Below are positions 25,040 to 38,919 of a DNA stretch of 64,000 nucleotides, piece after piece (position 1 is the first letter of the stretch; the number at the start of each line of letters is the position of its first letter). The notes under the pieces were generated by a model. The model worked only from the letters and a program-made list of their open reading frames with translations, had not been told where the DNA came from and did no database searches. The translations under genes were made by a program, and so were the position numbers. Source of the stretch: Nageia nagi (Eukaryota > Plantae > Pinophyta); assembly GCA_050084985.1 (NCBI GenBank), contig JBITNC010000002.1, positions 30,938,001 to 31,002,000 of the forward strand, written 5' to 3'.

Positions 25040-26950
25040 TACTCTCCCTTTTATTTACTATGAACTCTATAGGTAGCTCTTCTTGTTACAATATTATTAT
25101 TTGTATTTGAGGTAACTCTATTCCTCTTTGTTTTGTTGTCCTCATTTTTCTTCTAGTTCTTCTTGCAATGGTGATTTCTGAATTCTTTCCTTGAATATGC
25201 ATGTTACATTTTGATTCTACTCCCTTCTTTTGCTCCTTCATTTTTTATTCTACATTAAAAGCACCTTATAATTGCTTTTTCTCCTTATTTTGTGCAGAGT
25301 GCTTTGAAGTTTTTCCCTTGGAGTACCTCTCTCTTTTTTCCTCTTCTTCTAATGAATTTTTCATTTTGTTTCTCTAAGATACTCTAGTAGTTTCTATGGG
25401 GTTTTCCCTAATTTGAACCTCTTGCACATCCTTTTGAATTTCCTTCAAAATAATTTTTAGTTCTTGGTCCTTCTCTTGAATAGCCTCTTCATCCCCTCTT
25501 TTCCTCTTTATACTCCTAGTTATCCTTTGAGAAAGTTATGTTTTTACCTCCATTCTTCCTCTTTTGGCCTTTACGTATTTCTATTACTTTTATTTCTCTA
25601 CCAAATTGGTCACCTCTTTCCATAAAGTTTTAACTTTTAGAATGGTTTCTGTTGCTAGTGTTTCTTCTATTGTACTCTTGACCATCTCCCCCATTTTTTT
25701 ACTTTGCTTATCTCCTTACATTGATGTTGCATTCTCCTCCCCATTATCATTTTTCCTTGAGCTTACTTTACCTTTCCCTTTGTCCCCTTTCAACCTTTTT
25801 TCCATTGCTTGTATAGGTTTAATCTTTATAGTGTCCTCCTTTCTTGGCTCTCATTTCTCTTGTGTGGCTTTCTCACCCCCTATTGGATTTCAATACCCTT
25901 GCTAGAGGGGTGTTCTCCTCTTCCTCAAAATTTTCAACCCCTAGGTTTGTGTTCTCCCTTGCATTGGATATCTTACCTCCAACTAAGATTATAACCCTCA
26001 ACATCCTCCTGGATCTATCTGCCAAGGTTCTCTCATAAACCAATTTTGATCACTCCACTATGAAGTGAGCATAAATGATTTTGTACCTTCCTTCCAAAGT
26101 TATATATCTCATACGAGCTTTGGCCACCTCCTTCCATGGATCTAAAATGCAATTTCTCAAGATCCTATATGATACTTTTCACAACTTATCCCTTGCGTAT
26201 ATGTGTGCACAAACTTATCTCTGGCTACAAGCTTATTGATTTTTCCTTCCTTCTTACTTTTATTCCTACATTTGGTAGGTGGATTGCTTGGGCTATTATC
26301 TCTATTGAGAAGAATAACTCCAAATCATTTCCATTGCCAATACCTCATTCGAAGAATCTACCTCTTATATTGATATTTTTTCATCTCAATCCTTGTATAT
26401 ATTCATGAACCTTTCTAATCCTCCCTTACATAGAATATGCCATACTTATGTATTTTACCTAGTTTCCTCTATTGAGTTTAAATCCCTTGTTACCAATTCT
26501 TCACCCATGTCTAAAGCTACTATTTATTATTTGGGATTCAAATGTGAAATGCTTTTCTCCCACCTCTCGAGCTCAATTTCATGCGTTGAGCATTTGGGTG
26601 TTTGTTAGCATGGTTGGTGTTGAATGATGTCTTTTTGGTTTTAATTCATCTATTCCATGTGTCATTTTTCCTCAATTCAGAATGATGGTTTTCTCCCTTC
26701 ACATGTTTCTCCAACTTGAAGCATTCCATCAAGTTTCTACTCATAAGCTTGTCATTATTAGGAATTCATTATTGCTCTAAAGTCACATTTGAGTCTTCAA
26801 ATCACTTATTGTACATTTCCAAATGTTTCCTTTAAAGTCCAATTATTGGTGCTTATTAGCTTAAGATATACTCCATTCAAAACCATTACAATGTTGGATG
26901 TTTAATTTCAATCTTCTCTCTATACAATGTTGCCTTCTTCTCTTCCTTCT
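25040..26950 (-). mobile_element. Gypsy 3' fragment (integrase tail plus extra ORF), decayed
   Basis: Minus strand NGVYLK (~26860-26880) resembles an integrase end. It is followed by a broken ORF with MRYITLEGRYKIIYAH and a K/E-rich tail, then a purine tract AAAAGGGAGAG at ~25042-25052. Confidence 0.45.
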
Positions 26951-27731
26951 TAACTATAGATTTATAACTTTGCTTTCTTATTTTGTTTCGATATTGTATT
27001 CTTTTAAGTGTTAACTAGCTTGCTAATTTTTTCATTGTTCATGCAACAACGGTATGAATATTGCAATGGGTATGAATAGTGAAATGGGTATGATTACAAT
27101 AAACTTGGTAAAACTTGAAGGTAGGATCAAATATTACGATGGGTATGATTACAACAAACTAGAAAATTGTTCATGCACAAAGATAAAAATATTACAATGG
27201 ATATGAATATTCCATAACAAAAATCAACATGCATGCACAAAAATGAAGAAAAACACAAGCCCAAATCTCATTTTAGCAACATGCATTATGAAAAAAATCA
27301 CATACATGGAGGAGTCGAGCTTTTGCAACTAGAGAGGGTCGAGCAATTTAATTTGCATGTAAAAAATCAAACATGGGTTGGTACATAGCCTTAATTGAAA
27401 AAAGCTTGGTGAATTTTTTATATTTCTAGATATACACCCATGATAAATCGTAGTGAAGCAAGGAATAAAATAGCAACTGGTTGGCAAAATCTCCATATAC
27501 ACCCATAATAAATTATCAATATATGCCTAAGATATATTCAGGTAGAGCAAAGGAATTGAGCGATGGTGGTGGTGGTGAAATGTATATACTCACATGTTTT
27601 TGATATACACACGTGATGTATGTATGAATTTGGATGGAGGATAGCCTTCTCTAAAAAATATAATACCAAGTTTTAATAATTAAAAATTTATAAATATTAT
27701 AATTTTCAAAATAAATTACTAAATAAATAAA

Positions 27732-29428
27732 ATTAGGGGTTAGGGTTTAAAGGTTAGGGGTTAAGCAGTAGGGTTAGGTTAGGGTTTGGGGTAAGGGTTA
27801 GGGATTTGGGTTAGGGGTTAGGATAAGGGGTTAAGGGTTAAGGTTAAGGTTTGGGTTTAGGGTATGGGGTTAGGGTTTGGGGTAAAGACCCATGGGTCAA
27901 TCTATGGGTTGGTCCACTTAGTGGTTAGGGTAAGGGTTAAGGTAAGGGGTCAAGGGTTAGGGTTTGGAGTTATGGTTAAGCTTATGGTTACGATTTAAGG
28001 GTTAAGGTTAGGGTTTATATTTGGGTTGAGGTTAGGATTTTAGGTTTGGGGTTAGGATTAGGGTCTAACAGTTAAGGTTTAAGGGTTGGGGGTTATAGTT
28101 AGGTTTTAAGGGTTAAAAGTTTGGGTTATGGGTTAATGTTATGATTAAGGTAAGGTATTAAGCATTAGGGGTTTTAGGTAAGGATTAATGGTTTGGTTTG
28201 GTGGTTAGTGTTCAGGTTAAGGTAAGGAGTTAAGGGCTAGGGTTAAGATTAAGGTTAAGGTTTAGGTTTGGGGTAAGGGGTTAAGGGTTAGGGTTAAGGT
28301 AAGGGGTTAAGGGTTATAGTTAGGGTTTGGGTTATGGTTTGGGTAAGGGTTAGGCATTAAGATAAGGGGTTAGGCACTAAGATAAGGGGTTAAGGATTAG
28401 GGCTAGGGTTTGGGTAAGGGTTAGGGGTTAGGGTAAGGGTTAAATTAAGGTAATGGGCTAAGGATTAGGATTAAGGTTTAGAGTTATGGTTAGGCTTATG
28501 GTTATGATTTAAGGGTTAGGGTTAGGGTTTGGATTAGGGGTTAAGGTTAGCAATTTGGGTTAAAGGGTAGAGGTTAGGCTTATAGGTTTAGGTTAAAGGT
28601 TAGGGTTTGGGCTTAGGGTTCAAGGGTTTTCATTTAAGGGTTAGGGTTTAAGGATTATGGGTTAGAGTTAGGTTTTAAGGGTTAAGGGTTAGGGTAAGGG
28701 GTTAAGGATTAGGGTTAAGGTAAGGGGTTAAGGGTTTAGGGTTAAGATTAAGGTTAGGGTTTGGTATTAGGTTTATGGTTTAGGATAAGGTTTAGGGGTT
28801 AGGTTAAGGGTTAAGGGTTAAGGTTAAGAGAAGGGTTATGGGTTAGGAGTTAAGGTAAGGGGTTAAGGGTTAGGGTTAAGGTAAGTGATGAAGGATTAGC
28901 GTTATAGTAAAGATTAGGATTAAGGTTAAGGTTTGGGGTAAGGTTTAGGGATTAAGATAAGGGGTTAAGGGTTAAGGTTAATGTAGGGATTAAGGGTTAG
29001 GGTTAATGTAGGGATTAAGGGTTAAGATTAGGGTTCGAGGTTATAGTTAGGCTTATGGTTACAATTTAAATATTAAACTTTAGGTTTGGGATAAGGTTTT
29101 GGGTTTGGGTTAGGGGTTTAAGTTAGAGGTTAGTGTTTAGGGTTAAGGTTCAAGGGTTAAGGTTTAAGGGTTGGCAGTTATAGTTAAGGTTTAAGGGTTA
29201 GGGTAAATGGTTAAAGGCTAAGGTTAAGGTAAGGGGTTAAGGGTTAGAGTTAGGCTTTATGATTATGGTTAGGGTTATGATTACAATTTAGGGGTTATGG
29301 TTAGGGTTAATGGTAAGGGTTAAGTGTTTGGGGTTAGGCATTTAGGATTAAGAGTTTGGGTTAAGGGTTTGAATTAGGGGCTAGGGTTAGGGGTTAGGGT
29401 TTATGGGTTAAGGTTTAAGGGTTGGGAT
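27732..29428 (+). repeat. Degenerate interstitial telomere-like array (TTAGGG/TTAAGG/TTTAGGG variants, G-rich on +), ~1.7 kb
   Basis: Continuous ggttagggtt/ggttaaggg variants. Confidence 0.95.
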
Positions 29429-30179
29429 TATAATAGCATTTTTTAATAATTAAAAAATTATAAATATTATAATTTTAATAATACAGTATTTAATAAAAAA
29501 AATTAGAAATTAATAATTAAAAAATTATATAATAAAAATTAAATACTATTAATAATTACAAAATAAATAAATAAAATTAAAAATTAGATAAATTTATAAA
29601 TACTTATGTATAAATAATTTTTTAATTTTAAAAATATTCTAAATAATGAGTAATGAAATTCCTAATTTTCTAAAATTTGATAGTAGGTGAGTTAGTGGCT
29701 TACATCACTATGTCCAAGTGAACTGATGTTTTCTTAGATGAGGAAGACATGCCTTATATTCATCAAAATACGATGGATGTATCTTTAGATGATGATGAGA
29801 CTTTTTATATTTCTCAATTGAGGATAGATGTTTCATTAGATGAGGATGAGATGGAGATGCCACCAAATTGTCACCAAATTATCAAAGGAGAAGTACATAT
29901 GATGTATATGTCATTAATTGACACATAAATTTCATTAGATTGTAGAAATGTAAGATCATTTAAATTTTTACTTTGATGATATTATGTGAAATAGTTAACT
30001 TAATATTATGATTAATATTAAAGTAAGGATCAACATCCCATTGAATAAGGATGGATATTGATGAAGATGATGATCATGAGGTAATTAGCATGAAATTTTG
30101 ATTTTATTTTAAAATTTTATCAAATTAAATTAAAATCATTATATTAAAATAAAATAAAATTCATCATATGAAGAGAGAA

Positions 30180-30892
30180 TAAGATGAAGAGGGATGAACA
30201 TGCAAAAGAACAATACTTCAAAGAGTAGTGGCATTTATCATTATAAATGAAGAGCCAGTTGATCTACCATTAGAGAGTATTGGTGACTATTCTTTGTTAG
30301 ATCATCTATAACATTTATATGATGATACATATGATCATGAGGTATAAGGTGCATGGCCAATCGATAGACCTTTTCAATAAAACTTTTGATAAATTCAGTT
30401 ATTATGGTTATTCATACATGATCAAACCTTCAAAAATTTTTGTGGTATTGGCATGGGTTTATAATATTTATTATGCATGTTTTTCATGGAATAGTACCAC
30501 CAACATTAATGTCATTTTGTGGACCAATTTACAAACAAGGTATTTACAAATAATTATCAAGGTATATGTTCAGTATGTTTAAATATGACCTTTGCAGAAA
30601 TGATCATTCAACAGAAGATTGAGTATAATTTACTTACATTGATGGTCGACCAAAAATACATGAAAACATAACAGGATGCATAAACAACACCAAAGGCACC
30701 ACACACATACCAAATTATGAATTTGTGTAATTTAAAAATGATTAAGAAGATTTTATGTATAAAAGAATGTGTAGTTATGTAGGTGTAGTTCCTATTAGAT
30801 ATCTTTCACCTCATGATGAGTTATGGATCCATTATAATTACACAAGACCTACTCAAAAACATAAGGAACATTTAGAGTTAGGAGATCAAAAT
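30180..30892 (+). pseudogene. SET-domain protein exon of CACTA copy B (frameshifted)
   Basis: YSYMIKPSKI/CGIGMGL...LMSFCGPIY...YIDGRPKIHENITGCINNTKG..PNYEF...YVGVVPIRYLSPHDELWIHYNY; colinear with copy A. Confidence 0.78.
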
Positions 30893-31084
30893 GTATGAAA
30901 TATAGATATATTTACTATTTAAAGATTGTATGAAATATGGATATTATTACTATTTGATGATTGTATTGACATTCTTACTATTTGATATTTATATGGATGT
31001 ATAAAATTGATAGTATAGATGTTTATTTTTTTAACTATTTTAATGGTTAATTTGTACATAAAAACTAATTAATTAATTCTATAA

Positions 31085-34000
31085 GCACATGAATATGAAA
31101 GAATGACTTATACACTATTTCATCAAAAAAATATAAGTAGGAGAAAAAGGAAGTGACTACACAATGTATTAAGAGTTGATGCAATGAACAATTCCTGAAA
31201 GACCCAAATCCAATAGCTCTTGTTCCTATAGTCATGGATTTAGTTACTGATAATGATAAAAGAGAGAATAATCCTCATCAAGAACAAAGTGTAATTAATG
31301 ATTTACTTCGATCAGTCTATCCAAATGCATATGATGATGAAGACATGAATGATACTTATCATACACATGATAATGTAAGAGATGGTGATTATGAAAATAA
31401 TAGTATGTATAGTGCTTCCAAAACTCTTTTATATGAAGGAGCACATTAATCCAAGTTATAGATGGCCCTACTTTTCATTAATTTAAAAGCTATTTATGGA
31501 TGGTCAAATAAAAGTTTCACTGCTCTTATGAAGTATTTAATATTTTTTATTTTCCAATATTTTAATTTCTATCAATTTATATATTTAATTTTTATCATTA
31601 TTTAATAATAGTTTTATTGCTTTGTATGGTATTATAGGTTACTAAAAAAAAGGGTGCTTACAAGAGACAATACCATCCCTCCTTGCAGAAAGGCATGCAA
31701 AATTTTGAAGGATGTAGAGGTAGAGTGTCATTCATACAATGCTCCTATTAATGACTGCATATTCTATAGAGGATCATATAGAAAATTAACTGTATGTTCA
31801 AAATGTGGTGTAAATATACACCATTCAAAAATGATATGGAATAATATTCCTCAAGAGAATGTTTGTAGCTTTCTAATCATTCCTAGGTTTTATAGAATAT
31901 TTTGGTGTAAGTAAATTGTACAATATATGGATTGGCATGTAAAAAATAGAAGTGAATAAGGTGTATTACAAATTCTTGTAGATTGTAAAATAATGAAATA
32001 TATATAAAATATGTGCTCGATAAATTCTAGGATGAACTTAGGAGTGTCATATTGGTTTTAGCAATTGATGGTGTCAATCCATTTTTCATACTATCATCTA
32101 ATTATTCATTGTGACCTAATGTTATAGTCAATTATAACATAGCTCCATGGATGTCCATAAAAAAAGAACATTTAGTATTAACTCTCTTAGTTCCTAGACC
32201 ACATTAGGTGAAAAATATGGATGTTTACATTGAACCATTGATTGATGAATTGATGAAATTGTGGAATGGAATTCAAAGTGTGATTGATACAAGTACACAT
32301 ATCCAACAAAGGTCATTTACATTATGTGGTATCCTATGTTGGACTGTACATGATTATCCAAGCCTTACTATTTTTTCATGTATGTATATATAAAATTGTT
32401 ATATCATAAATATTTGATTTTCTTTTATCATATGATAATGTATTCTCTAATAAAAATTATTGCAAGTCTTCATATAAAAGGGTCCACAACATGCAAAAAA
32501 TCTCACATCAATATATATTTGAAACACTTGCAGAAGATGGAATACCTTGGCAATAGAAAATATTTGTCAATGGAACACCCTTTTCAAAATTTGAAATCAC
32601 AATTTATGGTGAGGTTGACTACACCCCCACTCCCAATTACACATCTCCTATGGATTGGTGGGTAAAGTACCAAGAAAGTGTAGAAAAATATCAAGAAAGT
32701 GTAGAAAATTATCAGGAAAGAGCCTTTTATGAAAGTACTATTGTAAACCTAGATGATGTTATTGTTTGCAAATATGATTTACTCGAAAGTAAAATTTAAC
32801 AAAATATATGAATATATTTATTTATTTGAAAAAATGCATGTTTGTAATATTTAAATTTCATTATTTTATCAATTAAATGATTTATTTTATGCATGTTTTC
32901 AAGCATGAAGAGACTATCAATACGGTATAAAATTCCATACTAGAAGGACTTATTAGTGGAACATTTATTGAATCTTATGCATATTGCAAAGAATGTTGCA
33001 TCTTATTTGTACCAGACCTATCAATATATAATAAGCAAAGAATAAAATAATCCTAGTCTGAGAAATGATTTAAAAGATACCAATACAAAGTGTTCTTTAT
33101 AGAGAACTCATAATTTGCACTTGATTATGACCAAAGAAATGATCATTCTACACAATGTTGTTCAAACCACTAAAACACCAAGTGGATATGGATCATCTTT
33201 AAGAAGAGCATTTACTATTGATGGTAAAATGACAAGATTAAAGTCTCATGATTACCACAAATTCTGAAAGATATTCTCATATTACATGTTTATAGAAATC
33301 TTTAAATTCATATTACTATATATTTTATTCAAAATATAGTGATTAATATCTGTTGTTCAAAACTTTTGATGAATTTATTTATAGAATATTTTTCCACTAG
33401 CAATTTGTAGATGTGTGAGTTTACCTTATGATTTAAGACATGCAACTGGTCGACTATCAATGTTTATAATGTATTATGCCATGTTTATATACTAGTATTA
33501 TTCTATGATGAAAATAACATGTGTTTATTGTTGTGTTCAAAGTTTAGCATACATTTTGACATTTTCATAAATATGTGCTTAACTTCAAAGGAGGTACATA
33601 TGCATGAAATAAAAATGTGAGGTAAAGAAATTGTTGAAATAGTTAGTAAATTTGAAAAAGAAATACATGTTGCTCTTATGGACATACAAGTGCACTTGTT
33701 GATCCATCTAATAGATGATATTGAAATAACAAGCATTATAAATGGTAGAAATATTTTTTATGGAGAGATTTTTGAAAGTGCTAAAAGCATTTGTTAGACA
33801 AAAATCATGACTATAAGGATCTATAGGTGAGGGATACATTGTACACGAATCTAAATTTAATGCAAGTTAATATATTTCTCAAATTCATAATTTTTCCCAA
33901 AAGATGTGTAATACATACGACTTAGACAAATTAGAATAGGAGGTTTTAGAAATAAATGGGATAATATATTCTCTTGTAGGTACGTCTAACAATATTTGAG

Positions 34001-34956
34001 ATTTTAGTAATTTATAATAGTATATATGTACATGCATTTTGAATTTAATTTAATCAATTGTTACTAACGAGTATATATGATGATATTCTAATTTTGCAAA
34101 TTATGATCAATATGAATCTATAAATCAGTTTATCATGATAAAAATGGAATGTTGTAAAGTGTGGATTGAAGTGTACAATAGTAAAAAATGTAATTCCAAG
34201 AGAACATGCCTTGTTTCATAGTGTAAATACAAGGGTTTCTCTACCTTCACATCTAAGAGTGGAATATTGGTCAAAAGAGTGTACAAGGTTATGGATGAAA
34301 CAAGTAATTGAAGAGAAACAAAGAAGAGAGGAAAGGATAGATGAAGATGCATACAGTATAGCTATTGGATGCAATAAAATGGTAATTATTATTTTATTTA
34401 TTTGCATATAAGTTTTTACATTTTTATAAGACTTTCATGGCTAATTAATATAAACATAATGATTGTACCAATAACATTTTTATGTAAATATGTGCAAGCA
34501 TTGTATTTCCCTGCAATGTGGGCATATGATCAACACTTCAAAAATGACACAAATGATGAAAGAAGGACATTTGGTTATGGAGTGATGGTTGAATTTGACA
34601 AAGCAAGTTGTGCAAGTACAAAAGATACAAAATAGATAGAAGGAAAATTACAATATATTGAAAAATTTGAAGAAAGTATTCAATTGGATTATAGATCATT
34701 CCAGTGTGTAGTATTTAAATGTTAATGATTTGAAGCATTTAATATAAAAACAACCTTATACGATGAACCTAGTGGTTATCGTGCCATTGACTCCACATGA
34801 TATTTAGCTAAAGATAAATAGCCTTATATTTTACCACAACATTGTAGTTAAATATTTTTCATTCCAGATGTATTGGATAAGAAATAGTGGTTTGTAATTA
34901 GTTGTGAACTAAGAGGAAAATATATTGTATGTCTTATTGATGAAGATGATAATTAA
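31085..34956 (+). pseudogene. CACTA TnpD/TNP2 transposase, intron-containing, decayed
   Basis: GWSNKSFTALM; NDCIFYRG..CSKCG; GLAIDGVNPF; MDVYIEPLIDELMKLWNG; WTVHDYP; LKSHDYH; MDIQVHLLIHL; FPAMWAY; PYILPQHC. Confidence 0.92.
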
Positions 34957-35183
34957 AGATTGTATTGTTGAACTATAGAAATATGTTTTAATGTTATCTT
35001 ATGACACATTAAATATATCTAACCATCAATATATTTTTATTTTGAATTTAAATGAGTTACTTGAATTTTATGACTGTATGTACCATTATGAAATACCTAC
35101 TACATTTTTTGTGATTACATTTTTTTTAGAGATTACTTTAAATTTTTAAATTTAATGTATTTGAAGTTAATACATTTAAATTT

Positions 35184-35751
35184 AAACCCTAAACCAGTAA
35201 AAACCTTAAACCCTTAAAACCCTAAGGGCCTAAACTCTAAACCCAAAATCCTAATCCCTAAAATCTAAAACCCTAAAATCCTAAAATTTTAAACCCTAAA
35301 TCTCTCAAACCTAAACCCTTAAAACCTTAAACCCTAAATCTCTCAAACCTAAACCCTTAAAACCTTAAACCCTAATCCCTAAACACTTAAATCCTAAAAC
35401 CTTAAACCATAAACCTTAAAGCTTAAACCCCTAAAAGATAAAACTCTAAGCCCTTAAAGCCCTAAACCCTAGAACCCTAAACCTTAATAAACCCTAAAAC
35501 CTTAGAACCCTAAACCCTAATAAACCCTAAGTCCCTATAACCTTAAACACTAGCAAACCTTAAACCCTAAATCCCTAAAACCTTAAACCCCTAAAACCCT
35601 AAACCCTAAATCCTAAAACCTTAAACCCCTAAAACCCCCAAACCTTACAACCCTAAACCCTTAAAACCCTAAAACCCTAAAACCCTAAACCCTACAACCT
35701 TAAACCCTTAAAACCCTAAACCCCTAAACTCTTAAAAACCTAAACCCCAAA
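35184..35751 (-). repeat. Degenerate telomere-like array (CCCTAAA variants on +), ~570 bp
   Basis: aaaccctaaa/aaaccttaaa variants, including a 38-bp tandem duplication at ~35291-35366. Confidence 0.95.
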
Positions 35752-36191
35752 CTATTGTAATTTTTTAAAAACACCCATAAATTTTTACATCAACATCTAA
35801 ACAAACCAAAATAGTTTAATAGTGGGATAAAACATCATACCTAACATCATGTTGTGTCACATTTGGCATCATGTGGCATGATATTTAGCATCACATGGCT
35901 TTATATTACATTAGATTTAAAGACATAATGTGTCAAAAAAAATATCAATATGGGTTAATGTTAACATCATGCAATGATAAATTTAACATCAAATTGTGTC
36001 ATAACTATCGACAATGTGTCACATTGATAGAACCTCTATGTTGGATTTAGCATCATACATGGCATCAAATACAACCTCACTTAAAGCAAGAAAAATCAAT
36101 GACATAAAATAGATACTATTTACATTATAAGTGTTTCCCAAGTATTATTGATGCATGCCCTTACAGTATACTAAGTTTGCCTTGTAGTGAT

Positions 36192-36404
36192 TTGATGTTA
36201 TAGCTGACACCAAGTGTCTCTAGATCTTAATGTTAGAGTTGATGCCAAGTGTCTCTAGATCTAACATTAGAGTTGACACCAAGTGTCTCTAAATATGATG
36301 CTATAGCTGATGATAAGTGTCTCTAAAGGTGAATCTATAACTAATGTCAAGTGTCTCTAAAGGTGATGCTATAATTGATGCCAAGTGTCTCTAAGGGTGA
36401 CATC
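36192..36404. repeat. ~33-35 bp tandem repeat x6
   Basis: Core aagtgtctcta recurs six times; unit approximately gatgctatagctgatgccaagtgtctctaaaggt. Confidence 0.85.
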
Positions 36405-37243
36405 ATAAGTCTCCATTGTTGATACGACATTTAGCATCAACTATGGCATCAGTATACAAATCAAAATTTAAAAACAATTACACAACATTTTGACACTTAC
36501 ACTGATGCAAAATATAATTAATTTAATAGTGAATAAACACATTTTTTTCTTAAAACAAAATATACCTAAATAGGGAAACGAAAAGGTCATCACATGAAAG
36601 TCAATAATACTCACATAGCAAGAAAGAAAAAAGCAAGGGCTAAATGATGGCCAATAATATTTGCATAGCAAGAAAAAGTGAAAAGCTAAGTAAAATTAAC
36701 ATGGTTTAAGAAAAGTTAATATTTAAGAGTGAGTCTACAAACAACAATTTTTCAAAGAGAGCTACATACATGCTCTAAAGAGTACCTTTGATTAAGATAT
36801 CACATGGTCGTGTTAACAATTATGATAATATTTCCACACCAAATCAATAGCATTATAACTCAATAAATATGTTAGGTTTCTTAAAATAACTTTCAACTCC
36901 AAGGCACTAAATTTAGTAGGCTTTAGGACAATGAAATAAAATGAAGACAAACACACCAAGGCAAGTCTCCCATAAATGAAATAGATGAGCAATACTTGAA
37001 AAAAATGATTACATGTAAGGCTTGCACTGGCATTTCCACTTCAACATAATCAAAGAAAACATAAAATTTAACAAATTCAAAATAAGCTAATAACTTCAAG
37101 TAAAGAGATGCTAAAGCAAAATAATTGATACTAAAACATTTGGGAACTCTAGAAGAGAACCTCAAAGAAAATCACTATGAAAGTGGAAGAAAGGGTAGAA
37201 GGAAATCTACACCACTAATGGTATATGAGTCAAATTGAACAGA

Positions 37244-38891
37244 TGTATATACATACATAGTCCAACAGCCTAGCAACTTCTCAGTGCATATTATCCTTAC
37301 TTATCTATAGGATGAGTGTTTCAGCAAGTTTTTGAATAGTTTTGATGGGAAAATATACTACGTATAGTATTTTTTGGAGTATAAGAGAGAGTCATGTTAG
37401 CAAAATAAAGATTCTTCTAAAATCGAACCTCAGAAGTAATGATGTTAGTAGTTAGTGTTAAAATTTCTACAATGGCTAAGTGTTCTGAGGCATAAAAGAG
37501 AGTGATGCCAGCAAAATAGAGATTCTTCTGAAATCGAACCTTGGGAGTAATGATGTCAACAATTAGTGTTAAAAGTTCCATGATGGCTAAATGTTTCGAT
37601 GCATAAAATAGAGTGTATGTTAGCAGAATAGATATTCTTCTAAAATCAAACCTTAGGAGTAATGACATCAATAGGTAGTGTTAAAAGTTTCACACCAACC
37701 AAGTGTTCTAAGCCATAAAAGAAGTGATGTCAATAGAGTAGAGGCTCTTCTAAAATTGGACCTCAAGAGTAGTGACATTAGCAGGTAGTGTTAAAAGTTT
37801 TGCGATGGCTAAATTAGCTAATTTTAGAGCACAAAAGAATGTAACATCAGCAAAATAGAGTGAATCCCATTTTAGCCAAAAGAATGGGTCCGAAGAAGGA
37901 TGATGTCACAAATAAGATCAAAATCTTTTGAATTTATTTATTTCATCTCACAAAGGCACAAAAGGAGGTGACATTTCAAATTAGATGGTTCAAAAATTGA
38001 ATATGTTAGATGTAACAAATAGGATCTCCACCCAAGCAAAACTTCACTAAAGAACTCTAAAGCATGTGCCAAAGATCAAGAAGGCTCCAGAATAACCACT
38101 AGAAAATGAAGAAACTTTGAAATCACCATAGTTAGTCAAAGAATCTTTCATAATTGTAATACAAGTTCAAATAACACCCAGGAAGCATGTCCATCATGGT
38201 TTAAAGGTCATTATAGTTTAGACTTTTTAATTTTAGGAATAAAATGACATGTGGTAGAATAGTTAGCTATTTATTAAAAGAAGGCCAAAATATTTGGGTC
38301 ATTTTGTAACTGTTTTGTTTCAATCTTTTTGCAACCTCTCTAGTTTAGTATAAATTAGTGGAAGGCAAGGAAAAGGGGTTGGAATCCCTAGTATTACCCC
38401 TTGTATTTGTTTTTGAATACCTATCGTTCTATTAGTTATACAATGCCATCTTGACCTTTCTTGTCCAACGCTTAGTGTTATTATTTTAATCTAGTTATAT
38501 TGTGGCAAGTAATGGATATTTCTTAAATAATAACAAGTTGTTGGTATAATTGTGTCTACTTATATGGAAGAGTTAAGCTGAAGAATAATTTAGAGAATGA
38601 AAGCTTACACTGTGGTTGTTACACTAGATTCTTGCCAAGGTTTCACACTATGTGAAAGCCTATGCTGAACTGTGATTCGCCCCTTTTGCTTTACTCTTAT
38701 TTCCTATCTCTTTTGTTTCATTTCTTGCACTCAATCCTCTTTCATTTCTTTTTTGTTATTTTCTCTTTTCATCTACCTAAATAGATAAGGAACCAATCTA
38801 CTTCAGATATCAGGTTACTATGTTAGCTTGTTCATGATATATTATGATTGTATTGCTCATGGGTGCAGCTATTACACAATTTTCATCAATA
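37244..38891 (+). repeat. 5' LTR
   Basis: Starts TGTATATACATACATAGTCCAAC, ends catcaa(t)a; alignable along its length to 48392-50061. Confidence 0.92.
37382..37860 (+). repeat. ~111-bp tandem repeat (4 copies plus a partial) inside the 5' LTR
   Basis: Unit aaaagagagtgatg.cagca.aatagagattcttctaaaatcgaacc...tagtgttaaaagtt..atggctaagtgttc; same array at ~48530-49005. Confidence 0.9.
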
Positions 38892-38901
38892 GTATATCTT
38901 T

Positions 38902-38919
38902 TGGCATGCTCAATGGGAC
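38902..38919 (+). promoter_or_regulatory. Primer-binding site (decayed tRNA-Arg type)
   Basis: tggcatgctcaatgggac, consistent with a deaminated TGGCACGCCC.GTGGGAC as seen in Tat/Ogre elements. Confidence 0.7.

Larger units (their letters stand above)
27660..36189 (+). mobile_element. CACTA transposon copy B with SET exon, TnpD and inverted telomere-like subterminal arrays
   Basis: Right TIR cttgtagtg (=CACTACAAG) at 36181-36189, preceded by (A/G)CATCA-rich subterminal repeats. The left TIR was not found, so the start is approximate. Confidence 0.75.

Noticed and set aside
27732-29428. True chromosome end or end-to-end fusion site
   Set aside because: The array is interstitial and degenerate, and the two arrays are separated by transposon genes rather than abutting.
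37382-37860. Regularly spaced repeats resembling a CRISPR array (also 36192-36404 and 48530-49005)
   Set aside because: Whole units are homologous with no unique spacers, there are no cas genes, and the context is a eukaryotic LTR.
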